From NCBI GenBank assembly GCA_964016885.1, contig OZ024750.1, positions 48,236,001 to 48,300,000 on the forward strand: a stretch of DNA of 64,000 bases. Reading direction: 5' to 3'. Below are positions 1-14,600 of this stretch, piece by piece. Each line of letters begins with the position of its first letter. The stretch's first letter is position 1. Position numbers and translations under genes: made by a program. The notes beneath the pieces are model-generated. The model was given only the letters and a program-made list of their open reading frames with translations. It made no database searches and was not told where the DNA came from. The DNA is from Eledone cirrhosa (lineage: Eukaryota).

Positions 1-1621
1 TATACAATCTGTAAATATATAAGAACTAGATTCATACGCTCAAGTAGAATTTATTCTCTGTATTAATATCGATATCTCGCAGGAAACTGTATAACCGAAT
101 AGCATTTTGCATGGAAATGATAGACAGTGACCTAACGGTCAAACACAGCAGATAATTTTCTAATTAACTGCTAGTTGATAATACCCAGAACGGTTTACGC
201 CAATTTATTTTAGTTTGACTTCAAAGACATTCTTAATTTCCTCCCAATTGCAGTAGTGTGGACATGACAGCACTTTGCAACATCAGTGCAGTAAATGAAC
301 ATGGTTCTGAGAGACAGATTATTTCCACTGAAGAGTGAGATCAAATAGATTTCAATTAATACAGTTTAATTTAGATAACACAATGCGGTAGAAATGGACA
401 CGAGAAACTCTAATGTCCAGGCTGTTTTTCTATTTTGTTATGCTGGTTGTTTAATTAAGACTATCTGCAATCTGACCTTGTATTTCATCCTGTAGTTATT
501 TCTAAATAGAAATTATTGACACGGAAGACCTTATTTCTGATAAAAGAGTAAAAAATATTTCAAGAAATTGTGTTGATTTACACCGTGCTTTCACATTACT
601 CAACTACATTTTCATATAGATTACTATAACTATGATTGTGTTTTCATTTGAAAGATCACACCAGCTAAATTAATGGTTAATTTAGTATTAACATATTTCA
701 AGCAGAAAACATTTAAAAGGTAACTAGGAATGACTGTCCTACGACGAAGAAATGACATTACTGAAGGACTAATACTGCTTTAACTATTCATAAATAATTT
801 GAAAACTGTAGCGTAGCTGGAGCATCCGTCAGTGGAGAGCTCCAACTATTTCCCCGCCACTCAAAACATTACAAACATGTGACCAAATTTGCCACAGGGA
901 AAATACGCCACTTCTTTCAGTATTATGAACTCATAAACGAAGCATCGACATTATATTACTTGAGTAGGCTATTGAATTATCAATAAACAAAGAACTAAAA
1001 CAAATACTTATCTTGAAGTAGTTAAGTTCACAATGATTTTAATATATTTAAAAATATTTTCAAAAGATATGAACTGGCATATATTAAAAGTGGGTTACAC
1101 ACAGTATCCTAATAATATGAATAAGGTATGTATGATTATAAGACAATATGATCCTCTACTAAACATTGTCTATATAAAACTTGAGGCTTATGTGACATCA
1201 ACATCTGGAGTCACTATGAATATTAATTTTAGTAAAGATAGCGCTCTATAGTTTACTTTGTTCACACACATACACAAACACGCGTGCACACACACACGCG
1301 CACACACACACACAATACACACAAACAAACACACACACACACTACACACACAGACTCTCTCTCTCTCTCACTCTCTCTCTCTCTCTTTCCTGCACACACG
1401 CAAACGTATATCTGTACGTTCCTCTGATGATCTAATAAAGATCTACATGTATATATCCAATCGTTTCGGTAATTAATTTTGTATGAAACAACCATGCAAA
1501 TGACTGGAATGTACCTCCCTCGGTTCGAACAATGGTTGATCTACAAGAATAGGTTGACACGTTCAGGGGCTGACTATGAAGGTGTACAATCTTGCAGGCA
1601 TTAATTTCTATTATTATTTTT

Positions 1622-1806
1622 AATGGATTGGTAGTATCGGTAGAGGGTCGGACGCCATGCTTTCCAGCATAGTTACGTCCCTTTACGATCTGAGTTCAAA
1701 TCCCGCCGAGGTTGAATTTGCCTTTCATCCTTACGGGGTCGATCAAATAAAGTACCAGTAATGCACTGGTAATTGCTGGCCTTGTGCCTAAAGTAGAAAC
1801 AATTAT
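1622..1806 (+). mobile_element. tRNA-derived SINE with Meta/MESC-like core
   Basis: B-box GAGTTCAAATCCC, core GCCTTTCATCCTTACGGGGTCGAT..AAAGTACCAG, 3' end GTAGAAACAATTATT; near-identical copies at 10708 and 61300. Confidence 0.85.
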
Positions 1807-2838
1807 TTTTAAATAACTACGTCGTTTCTTTCCAGGGACTGTGTGGGCAAATAAACTTCATTTGGTCATTCTATGAGACCATCCTGGACAGCCTAGGAAC
1901 TTTTCAAACGACCCTCGCGATTATTCCATCATCGGGAAGGTGTGTTAATTAAATGAACGTGAACATGGCTGAGTAATGTATACACACGTCTACCCATAAT
2001 ATAATTGAAAGGGAAATGCAGAGTGAAAGAGTCTGGCATAAATCCGATCCTTTGGATTAAAAGTACTGTCTATTTGATGGGTCTCTAATCTGTTTCTATC
2101 AGGCCAATTTAATTCACAAAACATGAGACGGCAAGATGTCATTATAAATGAGACCTGCCCAAGATGTCGTATAGTAAAAGCGAACCCGAAAGCTATTAAT
2201 TGAGAAACACAATGTTTTCCCATTTCCCATGTCCAGTAAATATTAACTTAATGCTTGCTATAAGATCCATGATATTTGTGTTTGTTTCTTAAAGAAACAC
2301 CTGACAAGAAAGACATTTCCTAGCAAACCTTTCATATCGACGAATGCTAATAAAATCAGAAGCATTCAGGCAATACCATTTTAAAAATTGTAATAGCATA
2401 TGCAATAGAATATATCTCCGCCGTCTACGGAATACGTGTGCATCACTTATTGGATCAACAGAGAGACTGGTCGTGCAACTGAGGTACATTTGGTTCCAAA
2501 GGCGTAAGACTAAATGTGATGGATATAACTTTGATACAGTCAATTGTATATCATATGTAAATTAATTGCTCTTCTAAAGTAAGATGTACAGTTAACGTAA
2601 TTCTCAGGAAGATTCATTGTGACACAACATATACTAAGCCTGAGCATTTGAAATACAGATATAACCCTTCCAACGAGCTTTCCATGTAACAAACTTCAAT
2701 GACTCGTGCCTATGATGACATTTTCATCAACATAGTCGGGATTGAACAGAGGCCTTGTGATTGAAAACCTTCCTTTGTATATATATGTTTATATATATAT
2801 ATATAGTTAAAAGAATAGAGGTGTAACACACAAGTTAT

Positions 2839-3160
2839 TATATATTGGTAAACGGAATAGAAAATGCTGACCAATTGTCACAGTTGAAAAATGGTTTAAT
2901 TAGGAATAAAAGAGTATTAGTGATTGTATGGGTTAGTATTCAGTTGTGGTTTTAAGTTTTTAAGTTTCTACCGGTTGCGCATTTCTAAATGCTTTTCAAA
3001 AATAATTTTGAGATAGAGTGTCCGTGCTGTTTGCTCTAAAAACATAAAACCAGAACTGAATACTAACCCATACAATCACTAATACTCTGTTATTCCTAAT
3101 TAAACCATTTTTCAACTGTGAACAATTTGTCAGCATTTTCTATTCCGTTTACCAATATAT
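2839..3160. repeat. Fold-back element in (TA)n: ~115-bp inverted arms (2839-2954 / 3046-3160) with a degenerate HHR in the spacer (2964-3004, minus)
   Basis: Arms are reverse complements; minus strand reads TTGAAAA-GCAT ttagaa ATGC-GCAA-CCGGTA (GAAA mutated to GCAA). Confidence 0.8.
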
Positions 3161-3309
3161 ATATATATATATATAGTAATAATAATAAAATTGAAGACTA
3201 AAATCCAGAGAGGGCTCGATAAGGAAAATATATATCAAATATATAAGAACCGAAGAGCAAATATTTATTTTTAATAAATATATATATATATATATATATA
3301 ACATACAAT

Positions 3310-4431
3310 ATGTTTAAAAGGTAACACACCAGAGAGAGATATACAGTGCGCTATCAATAAATCAGGGGAAAAAATGCCACTGTATGGAATCTATAACCTA
3401 TGCAAGGCAGACTATAGACACGATAATTAAAAATATAAATTAAAGCGTAAACAAATACCTCTATAACTATATAACACACGTACAAATCCAAAGATACTAA
3501 TCCAAAGATATGTTTCACCAGTAATTTGTTGAAAGAAATAGGTTATCCACGGTCCATCAGCGTGTGTAAGGCTATACATTCAGACAACACTAAGATAATT
3601 TTAAAAGTGATTGTCCAGCTACATGTGGGAGAGAGAAGTCACAGCGTGTTTAAGGGCAGTGAATCAGTAGCCTCTGAGGGACGAACTGCTAGAAAGGGCA
3701 GCTCAAAACCACTCAGAGAAGTGTGCTCAACCAAACAGAGATAGGAAATACTGTTATTAGGAGCGAAATATCACGACAAATTAACGGAGGCATAGGCCCT
3801 CGCAAATACCTTTACATAATGTGCTCAAAGGAGAAGAAATCCTGAGCTCTTTAAAATACAATATTTTGAAAAGGAAACACACCAGAAAGAGATATACAGT
3901 GCGCTATCAATAAAACAGGGTAAAAAACAGTCTTCTCTGAGTGGCTTTGGGTTGCCCTTTCTATCAGTTCGTCCCTCAAAGGCCACTGGTTCACTGCCCT
4001 TAAACACGCTGTGACTTCTCTCTCCCACGTGGAGCTGGACAATCACTTTTAAAATTATCTTAGTGTTGTCTGAAATGTATAGCCTTACATACGCTGATGA
4101 ACGAAGCTAACCCATTTCTTTCAACAAATTACTGGTGAAACATATCTTTGGATTAGTATCTTTGGATTTGTATATGTGTTTATAGTTATAGAGGTATTTA
4201 TTTGCGCTTAAATTTATATTTTTAATTATCGTGTCTATAGTCTGCCTTTCATAGGTTCTAGATACCATACACTGGTGTTCTTTTTCCCTGTTTTATTGAT
4301 AGCGCACTGTATATCTCTCTCTGGTCTGTTACCTTTTCAACTAAATCTATTTAAAAGAGCTCAGGACTTCTTCTCCTTTGAACACATTATTTACAGCGAA
4401 TAGCGAGGGCCTATGCCTCCGTTAATTTATC

Positions 4432-4438
<7 letters not shown>
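3310..4438. repeat. Complex inverted repeat between (TA)n tracts, PLE pseudo-LTR-like
   Basis: 3310-3721 is inverted at 3932-4340; 3768-3870 is inverted at 4340-4438; 3870-3930 directly repeats 3310-3370. Confidence 0.8.
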
Positions 4439-4479
<41 letters not shown>

Positions 4480-4507
4480 TATATATACATATATATTTAT
4501 ATATATA

Positions 4508-4633
<126 letters not shown>

Positions 4634-4649
4634 TATATAGATATATATA

Positions 4650-5653
4650 TTGTTATACTTGCGGAGGGTCATATGTGTGTAATATTGCCAGAATTAATAA
4701 CAGAACACATTCACTGTTTGGTTGGTTTTCGCTTCTGGCTTCTGTGTCTGTCTATATATTTATTTATTTATTTGCTTGTTTGTTTATTTTATTTTGTCTT
4801 CTTTGCGCATGCGTTTGCGTGTGTGTATAGTGTTTTGTTTGCTGTGTGATGGGTGACTAGTGTGTGTTTATGTGCTTGTTGTTATTGTGCTTGTGTATGT
4901 ATATATTTATTTATTTATTTATTTATTTTATTTAATTTTCTTATTTATGCTTCTCTTAGGTCAGTGTTGTTTGTTTGGGTGTTGTTGTTATTCCATTCAT
5001 TCTTTCTGTTTTGTCTGGGTCTTCTAAGTTCTATTTCACTGGCCTCTCTGGTTTGCCTATATGTTTAGATATTATTCTAATTTCTATGTTGTCTATGTTA
5101 CCGTCATGTTGTTGTCTAGCATGTTCGTATAGTACTGACCCGTTTTTTCGTCCTTGTAGTTCCCCCCAGTGTTGGTCTATCCTTTCACCTATGCTACGAG
5201 CTGTCTCACCTATGTATGTTGTTGTCATGTTTCTGCAAGTACCCTCTGTACATCTTATGCTATAGACTACGCAAATAAACAAATAAATATATAGACAGAC
5301 TGAATAAAAATGGCGTAGACATACAATACAACAGGAGGAAATTATAGCACCACTGACGATGTTGCAGATGTGCAACGAAAGATTTATGATAAACTATATA
5401 TATGTGTTTGTGTCTATATTGCATCTGTATTATATTTGACCGCCGGTCAGTCAAAGGAAACATTGAGGACCGAGTATATTAGATTACCGATATAAAAGAC
5501 ACAGAAGCGAGAAGCGAAAACCATCAAACAGTGAGTGTGTTCTGTTATTAATTCTGGCAATATTACACAAATATGACCCTCCCCAAGTATAACAATATTT
5601 GTTTCGACACACGATTTCATATAAAAAAACCTCGCAAAACTAATTCATCCCCG

Positions 5654-5655
<2 letters not shown>
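4650..5655 (-). mobile_element. 5'-truncated Penelope-like element: GIY-YIG 3' fragment plus inverted pseudo-LTR
   Basis: Minus frame 5031-5265 VYSIRCTEG..TYIGETARSIGERIDQH is homologous to the 45058 ORF; terminal arms 4650-4748 / 5497-5597; (TA)n on both sides. Confidence 0.85.
5349..5390 (+). ncRNA. Minimal type-I hammerhead ribozyme motif
   Basis: acca-CTGACGA-t-GTTGCA gatg TGCAAC-GAAA-gatt-TA-tgat; stem I has one mismatch. Confidence 0.7.
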
Positions 5656-5733
<78 letters not shown>

Positions 5734-6451
5734 ATAAATTAATTGTTCGTTCCAGTTTTCATATATATATATATATATGTACATATTTATATATATATAA
5801 GACTGGAACGAACAATGAACTAATTACAAATACATGTCTCTCTAAAGAGTTACCTCCCTTTCACCTTACCTAATCCTTTTTCTTAAATAAATTAACTACC
5901 ATCCATCATTTCTATCCCACCATGAATTACCTCCCCCTGCATATTAAATCTCGAAAAAGGGAAATCATATAAAACACCATACTACCATTTGCCTCCATCA
6001 TGGAACAACTAAGCACTCTTCATATATTAACACATTTTGATCTGCTTATCTGTAAATATTATTATTTTTTTCTTTCACATTGCCTTATTATGTTCCACAT
6101 TACGCCCTTTTTTTTTTTTTTCTTTTCACTTCATAAACTTTGTTTCTAAATAACATTATTCTTTCTGAACCATTTCCTTAACATGTTCAACACCACCATG
6201 TTATGCTGAAACCGGTAATAGACAATTATTAAATATATAAATAAAGAAATAAATGCCATTGTTAATTAATAAATATATCAACCAAGATCTATACACTTCA
6301 CACAATGTAAAATATTTCGTTTTAATCATTTTCTAACCCAGAAAATAGGGAGAGAAAAATAAAAAGGAAAAACATATATTTCTTCCTAATAATCGTATTT
6401 TTTCTCCCTGTTTTCATGTATATATATATATATATATATCTGTGTGTGTAT

Positions 6452-6905
6452 ATTCTAAGACGAACATCGAGTAGAAATTAAGAATGAGATCTGATCAAAC
6501 ATAATATATATGCTAAACATTGTTGTGGACGTTCAATTTGCTTTAAGATCATATCGATGAAAATATCAATTATTTCGATAAACTAATAATGGAGACATGT
6601 AGTAAGATGACTTATAAATGAGGGTCAAATAAAAGCCAAATGCATTTTAGACCCAAAAGATAAATGTTGTGAGGATATTTGCACTGTTCAACTGTTTTCT
6701 CTCTGAATAACATATTTCCCCATTTACATGAAAGCAAAGTACAAATGTAAAGGGCGAAAATTGGAAGTAAATTAAATTCTGTTTCTCTCTCGCTCACACA
6801 TACACATCACACAACACACACACACACATAAACACCTACACACGTACACACACATACACACTCATCACCATACGTACACCCACACACACCCACAGCTACA
6901 CACAT

Positions 6906-6969
<64 letters not shown>

Positions 6970-7421
6970 AGCTGTGGGTGTATGCGGGTGTAGGTATGGT
7001 GGTGAGTGTGTCTGTTTATGTGTGTGTATGTGTTTATGTATGTAGGTGTTTGTGTGTGTGTTGTGTGATGTGTGTGTGAGTGAGAGAGAAACAGAATTTA
7101 ATTTACTTCCAATTTTCGCCCTTTACATTTGTACTTTGCTTTCATGTAAATGGGGAAATATGTTATTCAGAGAGAAAACAGTTGAACAGTGCAAATATCC
7201 TCACAACATTTATCTTTTGGGTCTAAAATGCATTTGGCTTTTATTTGACCCTCATTTATAAGTCATCTTACTACATGTCTCCATTATTAGTTTATCGAAA
7301 TAATTGATATTTTCATCGATATGATCTTAAAGCAAATTGAACGACCACAACAATGTTTGGCATATATATTATTTTTGATCAGATCTCATTCTTAATTTCT
7401 GCTCGATGTTCGTCTTAGAAT
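6452..7421. repeat. ~970-bp palindrome centred on a (CA)n(TA)n(TG)n tract
   Basis: 6452-6800 is a near-perfect reverse complement of 7075-7421; the same 61-aa ORF appears on both strands in the ORF track. Confidence 0.9.
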
Positions 7422-7565
7422 TTCCGTTAAGTACATTTCCAGGCGGTCAAGGTAAAACCCTGTCATGATTTAACATCGGCACTTTTGACATTTGGCCTAG
7501 GCTGTACTTTGAAGTGTTCAACATTTGCAAACATTTTCATTCATACCATGTTTCTACTATTCAAA

Positions 7566-8380
<815 letters not shown>

Positions 8381-8930
8381 GGTCGGGTCGTTGGCGACTA
8401 AACTGGCAACCCCACCAAGGTTTCTTGGTGAGGAGGGTGACTTTGGACATCCTGCAGGACTAAAAACAAAACCTGTCAAAGGGCAAGGGAGCTCTTAAGA
8501 GTCAATAGCCATCCAAAATCACTGGGAGAGATGACCCCTTAGCCTTTGTCAAGGCAGAATTCTAGGAGAAGGAAAACTCTGATATAACACCTGCAACCCT
8601 GATGGTATCCAATGATGTTGACTTGTTCTTCTTTTTGGTAAATATCATCTTGGTTAAGAGAGTGGGACTGGCTTTGTGCAGTGCCTTTGCTCACTATAAA
8701 AGCTTCACAGCACAGGCATTGCTTTATATCTGGAGATCTCTCTGCACTTGTCATCACATGGTACCATGGGCCCTGCACTATGTGTCAATAATGGTCACAA
8801 GTGTAGTCTTTGTACCAGAGTTTTCAAGTCGCTGGCTGGACTAAAAAGTCACATTCGTTCAGCGCATCGGTAGGGGTTCTCCTACATGGATATAAAGTAG
8901 TGGCCGTACTCGAAAACGAGTTGGCAGCCA

Positions 8931-8932
<2 letters not shown>
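8381..8932 (+). mobile_element. Short internally deleted RTE-type element (5'-UTR-like part plus C2H2-finger 3' end)
   Basis: 8790-8873 encodes NGHKCSLCTRVFKSLAGLKSHIRSAHR*, like RTE ORF C-termini; GGAGAAGGAAAACTCTGAT resembles an RTE 5'-UTR motif; flanked by (TA)n. Confidence 0.6.
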
Positions 8933-8999
<67 letters not shown>

Positions 9000-9054
9000 T
9001 ATTTATATGTATGTATATATATATATGTATATATACATAATATATATATATGTA

Positions 9055-9108
<54 letters not shown>

Positions 9109-9195
9109 ATATAGTCCATACATAATATACATAATATGCTTAGCTATCCATTTACCGAGTTTTCTTCCATCCTATTGTGCAACCAATCAATTGCA

Positions 9196-9212
9196 CGTGT
9201 GTGTGTGTGTGT

Positions 9213-9299
<87 letters not shown>
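9196..9299. repeat. (GT)n microsatellite
   Basis: Direct reading. Confidence 0.95.
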
Positions 9300-9300
<1 letters not shown>

Positions 9301-10516
9301 CTTATTCTCTGTGCATATACCTATATACAGAGAATGTTTGGAGTGACTTGAATGTGTTATTCAGTGAAATAGCCTTCGCGAAAATGCAATTCCACTCCCT
9401 TTTCACCGTCGGTTCTCTTAGAATGAAGTTATGCAAATGAAATATTGGAATAAGATGGAGAATGATCTGCCACTTTTCACATGTCTTCTTTGTGAAGGAA
9501 ATGTTATCGAGAAGCTATGTTGCTCACCTTAGCAAAGCAATGCAATTTGTTCAATGCATGCATTTTGTATTTTAATTTGCTTTAGTATTATTATTTTGTT
9601 TGCTGACGTGTATTCAAATTTCAGTTCACCTAAATGTCTCATTGTGGAATTCGCCTTGTGAAATAAGACATCATGCATTGGTTAGTAATCAATAATATAG
9701 AGTTTAGCTGAACTTGCATGTGTAATAATTGTAAAGATTTGAACATGTTCTTAGCTGTTATGTTATTTATGTTCTACAATATGTAGCATGGATTTATAAT
9801 ACATTTAAAACGAATCTTCCATACATATACGCATACAAAACGATTTAAAAAAAACGATGAATGGAAAATACCTGTCTATGTAAGGAGTTGTGTCGAAATA
9901 GGTAATAATTAACTAGGGGTGTAAGAATTTTAATATGAATAATATATAAGTTGTGCACTACACCACGGATATCACGGACAAAGGTAATAGATTACATCTC
10001 GACCTTTAAGAAATAATATTAAAATCTATAATCCAACAAGTTAATTCAATGAAACCTCGCTTCTGTAGATTTTAATCTAATTTTGGGCAGAACAAAATTT
10101 AAATTCTTGCAGTAAGTCTGGATCCCTGCTTTGATTTGTTGGTAACGTCGTTGTTGCACAAAGAGAGAGATAACAGTAAATATATAAAGGTAGAAAAGTA
10201 TGTCGATATATGGTGGTAGGATGGTTGTACTTGGTCCACATACTGCCTAGCTCCTCCGCAAGATCGGAGGGTCGTCGGCCCGTGTGACGAGGGAGCCCCG
10301 TGAGGTTGGGTGTCGTTTGCACAAATCGACACTCACCCTTTACTCAGCCCACTCACCCTCACCCTTCACTCCTCCCCTCTCTTCTGCGACACCAGAGCTC
10401 TTGCCATCCACTCGCCTTAGCGTTCTTTTTCCTTCTTCTTTCTCTCATTGTTCTCTATATATCCCTATCCTTTCTTTCATTTGTTACCTTTGTTTCTATT
10501 ATTGCCGTCATTTGAG

Positions 10517-10890
10517 TGTGGGGCACCATGCTTTGCAACATAGAGTTACCGTCCTTTACGCTCCGAGTTCAAATCCCGCCGAGGTTAACTTTGCCTTTCA
10601 TGATTACGGATTCGATAAAACAAAGTACCAGTAATACACTGACAATGATTCAATCGACTTTCTCCTCCCACCACATTAATGTCATTGTGTCTATTCTAGA
10701 AATTATTGTGAATTGGCAGTATCGGTAAATGGTCGGACGCCATGCTTTCCAGCATAGTTACTTCCCTTTACAGTCTCAGTTCAAATCCCGTCGAGGTTAA
10801 CTTTGCATTTCATCCTTACACGGTCGATAAAATAAAGTACCAGTAATGTACTGGTTTATTTCTGGCCTTGTGCCTAAAGTAGAAACAATT
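10517..10890 (+). mobile_element. Two tandem tRNA-derived SINE copies, ending in an (ATT)n tail
   Basis: GTTCAAATCCCG and CTTTCAT..TCGATAAAA..AAGTACCAG cores at ~10567 and ~10780. Confidence 0.85.
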
Positions 10891-10909
10891 ATTATTATTA
10901 TTATTATTG

Positions 10910-11549
10910 TTCTTTCAGTATCAGTCATTGATGTTATTTAACTGGAAAATTTGTTGAAATGAATATCAAGCCACTACCTGCAGCCTCAGATATTCAGGAC
11001 GTATCGGAGGGTTCTTGCTGTTCCCAGCAAGCATGGCTTTTGAAGCGTTCCAAAAAGCGTTAAGGGGCCAATGATCTTTAACCATACCTGGATATTTTTT
11101 GAGATAGTACCTACTGCGCCTATGACAATAGGGACCACTTTGACGTCATGGCAGTTCCAAATCCTTTTTACCTCCCATTTTAAGTCCTGGTATCGGTTAA
11201 TTTTCTCCCTCTCCTCCTCTTGCACTCTCGTGTCGAATGGGCAGGCCACATCCACAATCAGGCACGAATTTCTTTCTTTGTCCACAACCACCAGGTACTG
11301 TCTATTGTGTTCCAGTTTCTTGTCCGTCTGTATCCTAAATTCCCACAGCACCTTCACCTGATCGTTTTCTATCACCGACTCTGGCTTTTGCTCATACCAC
11401 TTCTTAGAATGTGGTAAATTGTTTACTTTGCATAGATGCCAGTGGATCACCCTGCCCATCACATCATGTCTCCAGCTTTATAGTGAGTCTGGGCTAGGTG
11501 TTTACACTCGGATACAAAGTGAGCCACAGTCTCCTCTCTCTCTCCACAG
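10910..11549 (-). mobile_element. 5'-truncated R4/Dong-type copy (endonuclease region plus 3'UTR)
   Basis: Closely similar to the 3' end of the full element; frameshift near 11470; bounded by (TTA)n on both sides. Confidence 0.92.
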
Positions 11550-11627
<78 letters not shown>

Positions 11628-11629
11628 GT

Positions 11630-14600
11630 TATTGTTATTCCTTGAATCTCAGTCATTGATGTTGGTTAACTGGAAAGTCCGTTGGATTGAATATCAAGCC
11701 ACTACCTGCAGCCTCAGATATTCAGGACGTATCGGAGGGTTCTTGCCGTTCCAAGCAAGCATGCGTTTTGAAGCGTTCCAAAAAGCGTGAAGGGGCCGAT
11801 TTTCTTTAACCATCCCTGGAAACCTTTGGAGATAGTCCCCAGTGCGCCTATGACAATCGGGATCACTTTGACTTCATGGCAGTTCCAAATCCTTTTCACC
11901 TCCCACTTTAGGTCCTGGTATCGGTTAATTTTCTCCCTCTCCTTCTCTTGCACTCTCGTGTCGAACGGGCAGGCCACATCCACAATCAGGCACGATCTTT
12001 TTTCTTTGTCCACAACCACCAGGTCAGGTCTATTGTGTTCCAGTTTTTTGTCCGTCTGTATCCTAAAATCCCACAGCACCTTCACCTGACTGTTCTCCAT
12101 CACCGCCTCTGGCCTATGCTCATACCATTTCTCAGAATGTGGTAGATTGTTTACTTTGCACAGGTGCCAGTGGATCACCCTGCCCATCACATCGTGTCTC
12201 CAGCCCTTATAGTGGGTCTGGGCTAGGTGTTTACACTCGGACACAATGTGAGCCACAGTCTCCTCTCTCTCTCCACAGATCCTGCACAGTGGGCTAGCCT
12301 CCTCCTTGTAGATATGGTGCTTCAACCACTTCGTTTTGAGGGCCTGCTCCTGCGCAGCCATTAGCATTCCTTCTGTAGCCTTTTTGAGGTCTCCTCTTCT
12401 CAACCAGTTCCATGTCTGTGGATCTCTAAATTCAGTTTTCTCAAAGAAGGTACTATGGAGGGATTTTCCCTTAAGGCTGCTCTTCCTCCTTGATGTTATT
12501 TCCTCCTTGGGTATCCCCTGGCCTACTGTCCCCTCCTTCAGTACAGCTCTGAGCATTGGCTCCTTACTATAGGTCACGTATTTGTATAGGTTGTTTTTCT
12601 CCATCTGAACACAGTCCTCTATGCTGATAAGACCTCTTCCACCCTCAGATCTCCTTAGGTAGAGTCTATCGACATCACTCCTCTTGTGGAACATGTTGTA
12701 GATAGTCAATAGCTTCCTAGTCTTCCTATCCATTTCTTTTTGTTCAGCAACATTCCATCTCAGAATTCCCGCACTGTACCTAATAATAGACACAGCTCGG
12801 GAATTTACTGCGCTTATGGCATTTCTGCTGTTCAGATGTGACTTCAATACGCTCCTTACTCTCCGAATGTATTCAGTTCTTAACAATTCCTTCATTTTTT
12901 GGTTCTTTATGCCATCAGCCTCCAGAACGCCCAAATACTTGTATCCTTCCTCAGAGTCAATTTCCTTTATCATCTCACCTGTTGGTATCTGGATCCCGTT
13001 ACTTCTGCTCAACCTACCCCTCCTCATCACAATGACTCCACATTTACCAATACCAAACTGCATACATATATCACTGCTGAAAATACGGACAGTGTCAACA
13101 AGCACATCCAACTCCTTCTCACTTTTCCCGAAGAGCTTAAGATCGTCCATGAAGAGGAGGTGATTGATGGTAAGCTCTCCCCTTCCCAACTTGTATCCTG
13201 CTCTCACTTTTCGCAGCATAATGGTCAAGGGCATCAGGGCAAGGACAAACAACAGAGGGGACAGGCTATCTCCCTGGAAGATACCTCTCTTGATCTTCAC
13301 GCTTCCCAAGGATACTCCAGTTGATGTCAACTCTGTCTCCCAGGACCCCATACTCCTGCCCAGCAACTGTCTGATGTTATCTGCCACCCTGAAGATCTCC
13401 AGGCTTTTGGTGATCCAGGAATGAGGCACCATGTCAAATGCCTTTCTGTAGTCTATCCATCCCATGGCAAGATCAGTGTGTCTCCTCCTGCAATTCCCCA
13501 TTACCATCTTATCAATAAGCAACTGGTCCTTTGTACCACGTGACTTCTTTCGGCATCCTTTCTGTTCGTCCGGCAACAAGTTGTTTGTGTGGAGGTGATG
13601 GTAGATTTCCTCAGACACAATGCTCGTCAACAGTTTCCACATTACGGGCAGACATGTGATAGGTCTATAGTTGGTAACATCATTACCCTTGATTCGGTCT
13701 TTCATTATCAGAACTGTGGTACCTTTTGTCAACCACTCTGGCACCTCACCCGACACCAAGCATTCATTGAACATGGCCGTCAGCTTCGGGTGGAGGGATG
13801 TTAAATGTTTAATCCAATACCCCTGCACACCATCTGGGCCTGGTGATTTCCAGTTGGTTAGTTTTTTGGCTTGCCCCTTAAGAGTTTCAACTGTGATACT
13901 CAAATCAGTCTGTTGCTGTGCCTGCTCACCGATCTCCCTCTGTACTGTCTCAATCCACCCTGCCTGGGCATTGTGTCTAACATCCTGCTCCCATATTCCT
14001 CTCCAGAATGTTTTAGCTTGTTCCGCCCCAGGGATCAAGTCGGTGCCTCTTTCTTTCCCCTCAAGCTGTCCAAACAGCATCTTCTGGTTGTTGTCGAACA
14101 TGCGGTTCTGTTTATACTGACTGACTCTGTTCTCGTATCGCCTGATTTTGGCACTCTTTGCTACAATGCGTTGCTTCAATTCCTCTATGATAATATTTAG
14201 CTTTTTACTCCTAGTTTTGTATTTTATTTCCAGTCTATTTTTAGTGCCTATGTTTTTTAGTGTCCCATTCAGTAGTGACTCAAGCTTTCCTATGTCATTT
14301 CTCATTTCCCCGATTTGCCCACTCAGTCGCTTCTTCCACCACGGCTCTGCTCTTTCTTGTCTGTTGTTTCCTCTCGCTTTTATACCAAGTAGTTTCCTCA
14401 CCGTATTTGCTGTTGCTTTGAGGATATTGTTGCACTGGTGAAGACTCCTCGCCTCAAGGTATGGGATGACTTTGTTTACCTTAGCTGTTGTTTCTTTTAA
14501 CTTTTTCCTGTCTACAAATCTTAGGTTCATAGGTCTCCCACTATCATTGTTCAACTCATCTACCACTAAATTTAGGATGTCAACCGAATCTTGTCCTAGC

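Noticed and set aside
1680-1715. tRNA gene
   Set aside because: Only a B-box within a SINE head; no cloverleaf.
6165-6222. HHR at GAAACCGGTA
   Set aside because: No recognisable CUGANGA box or stem I.
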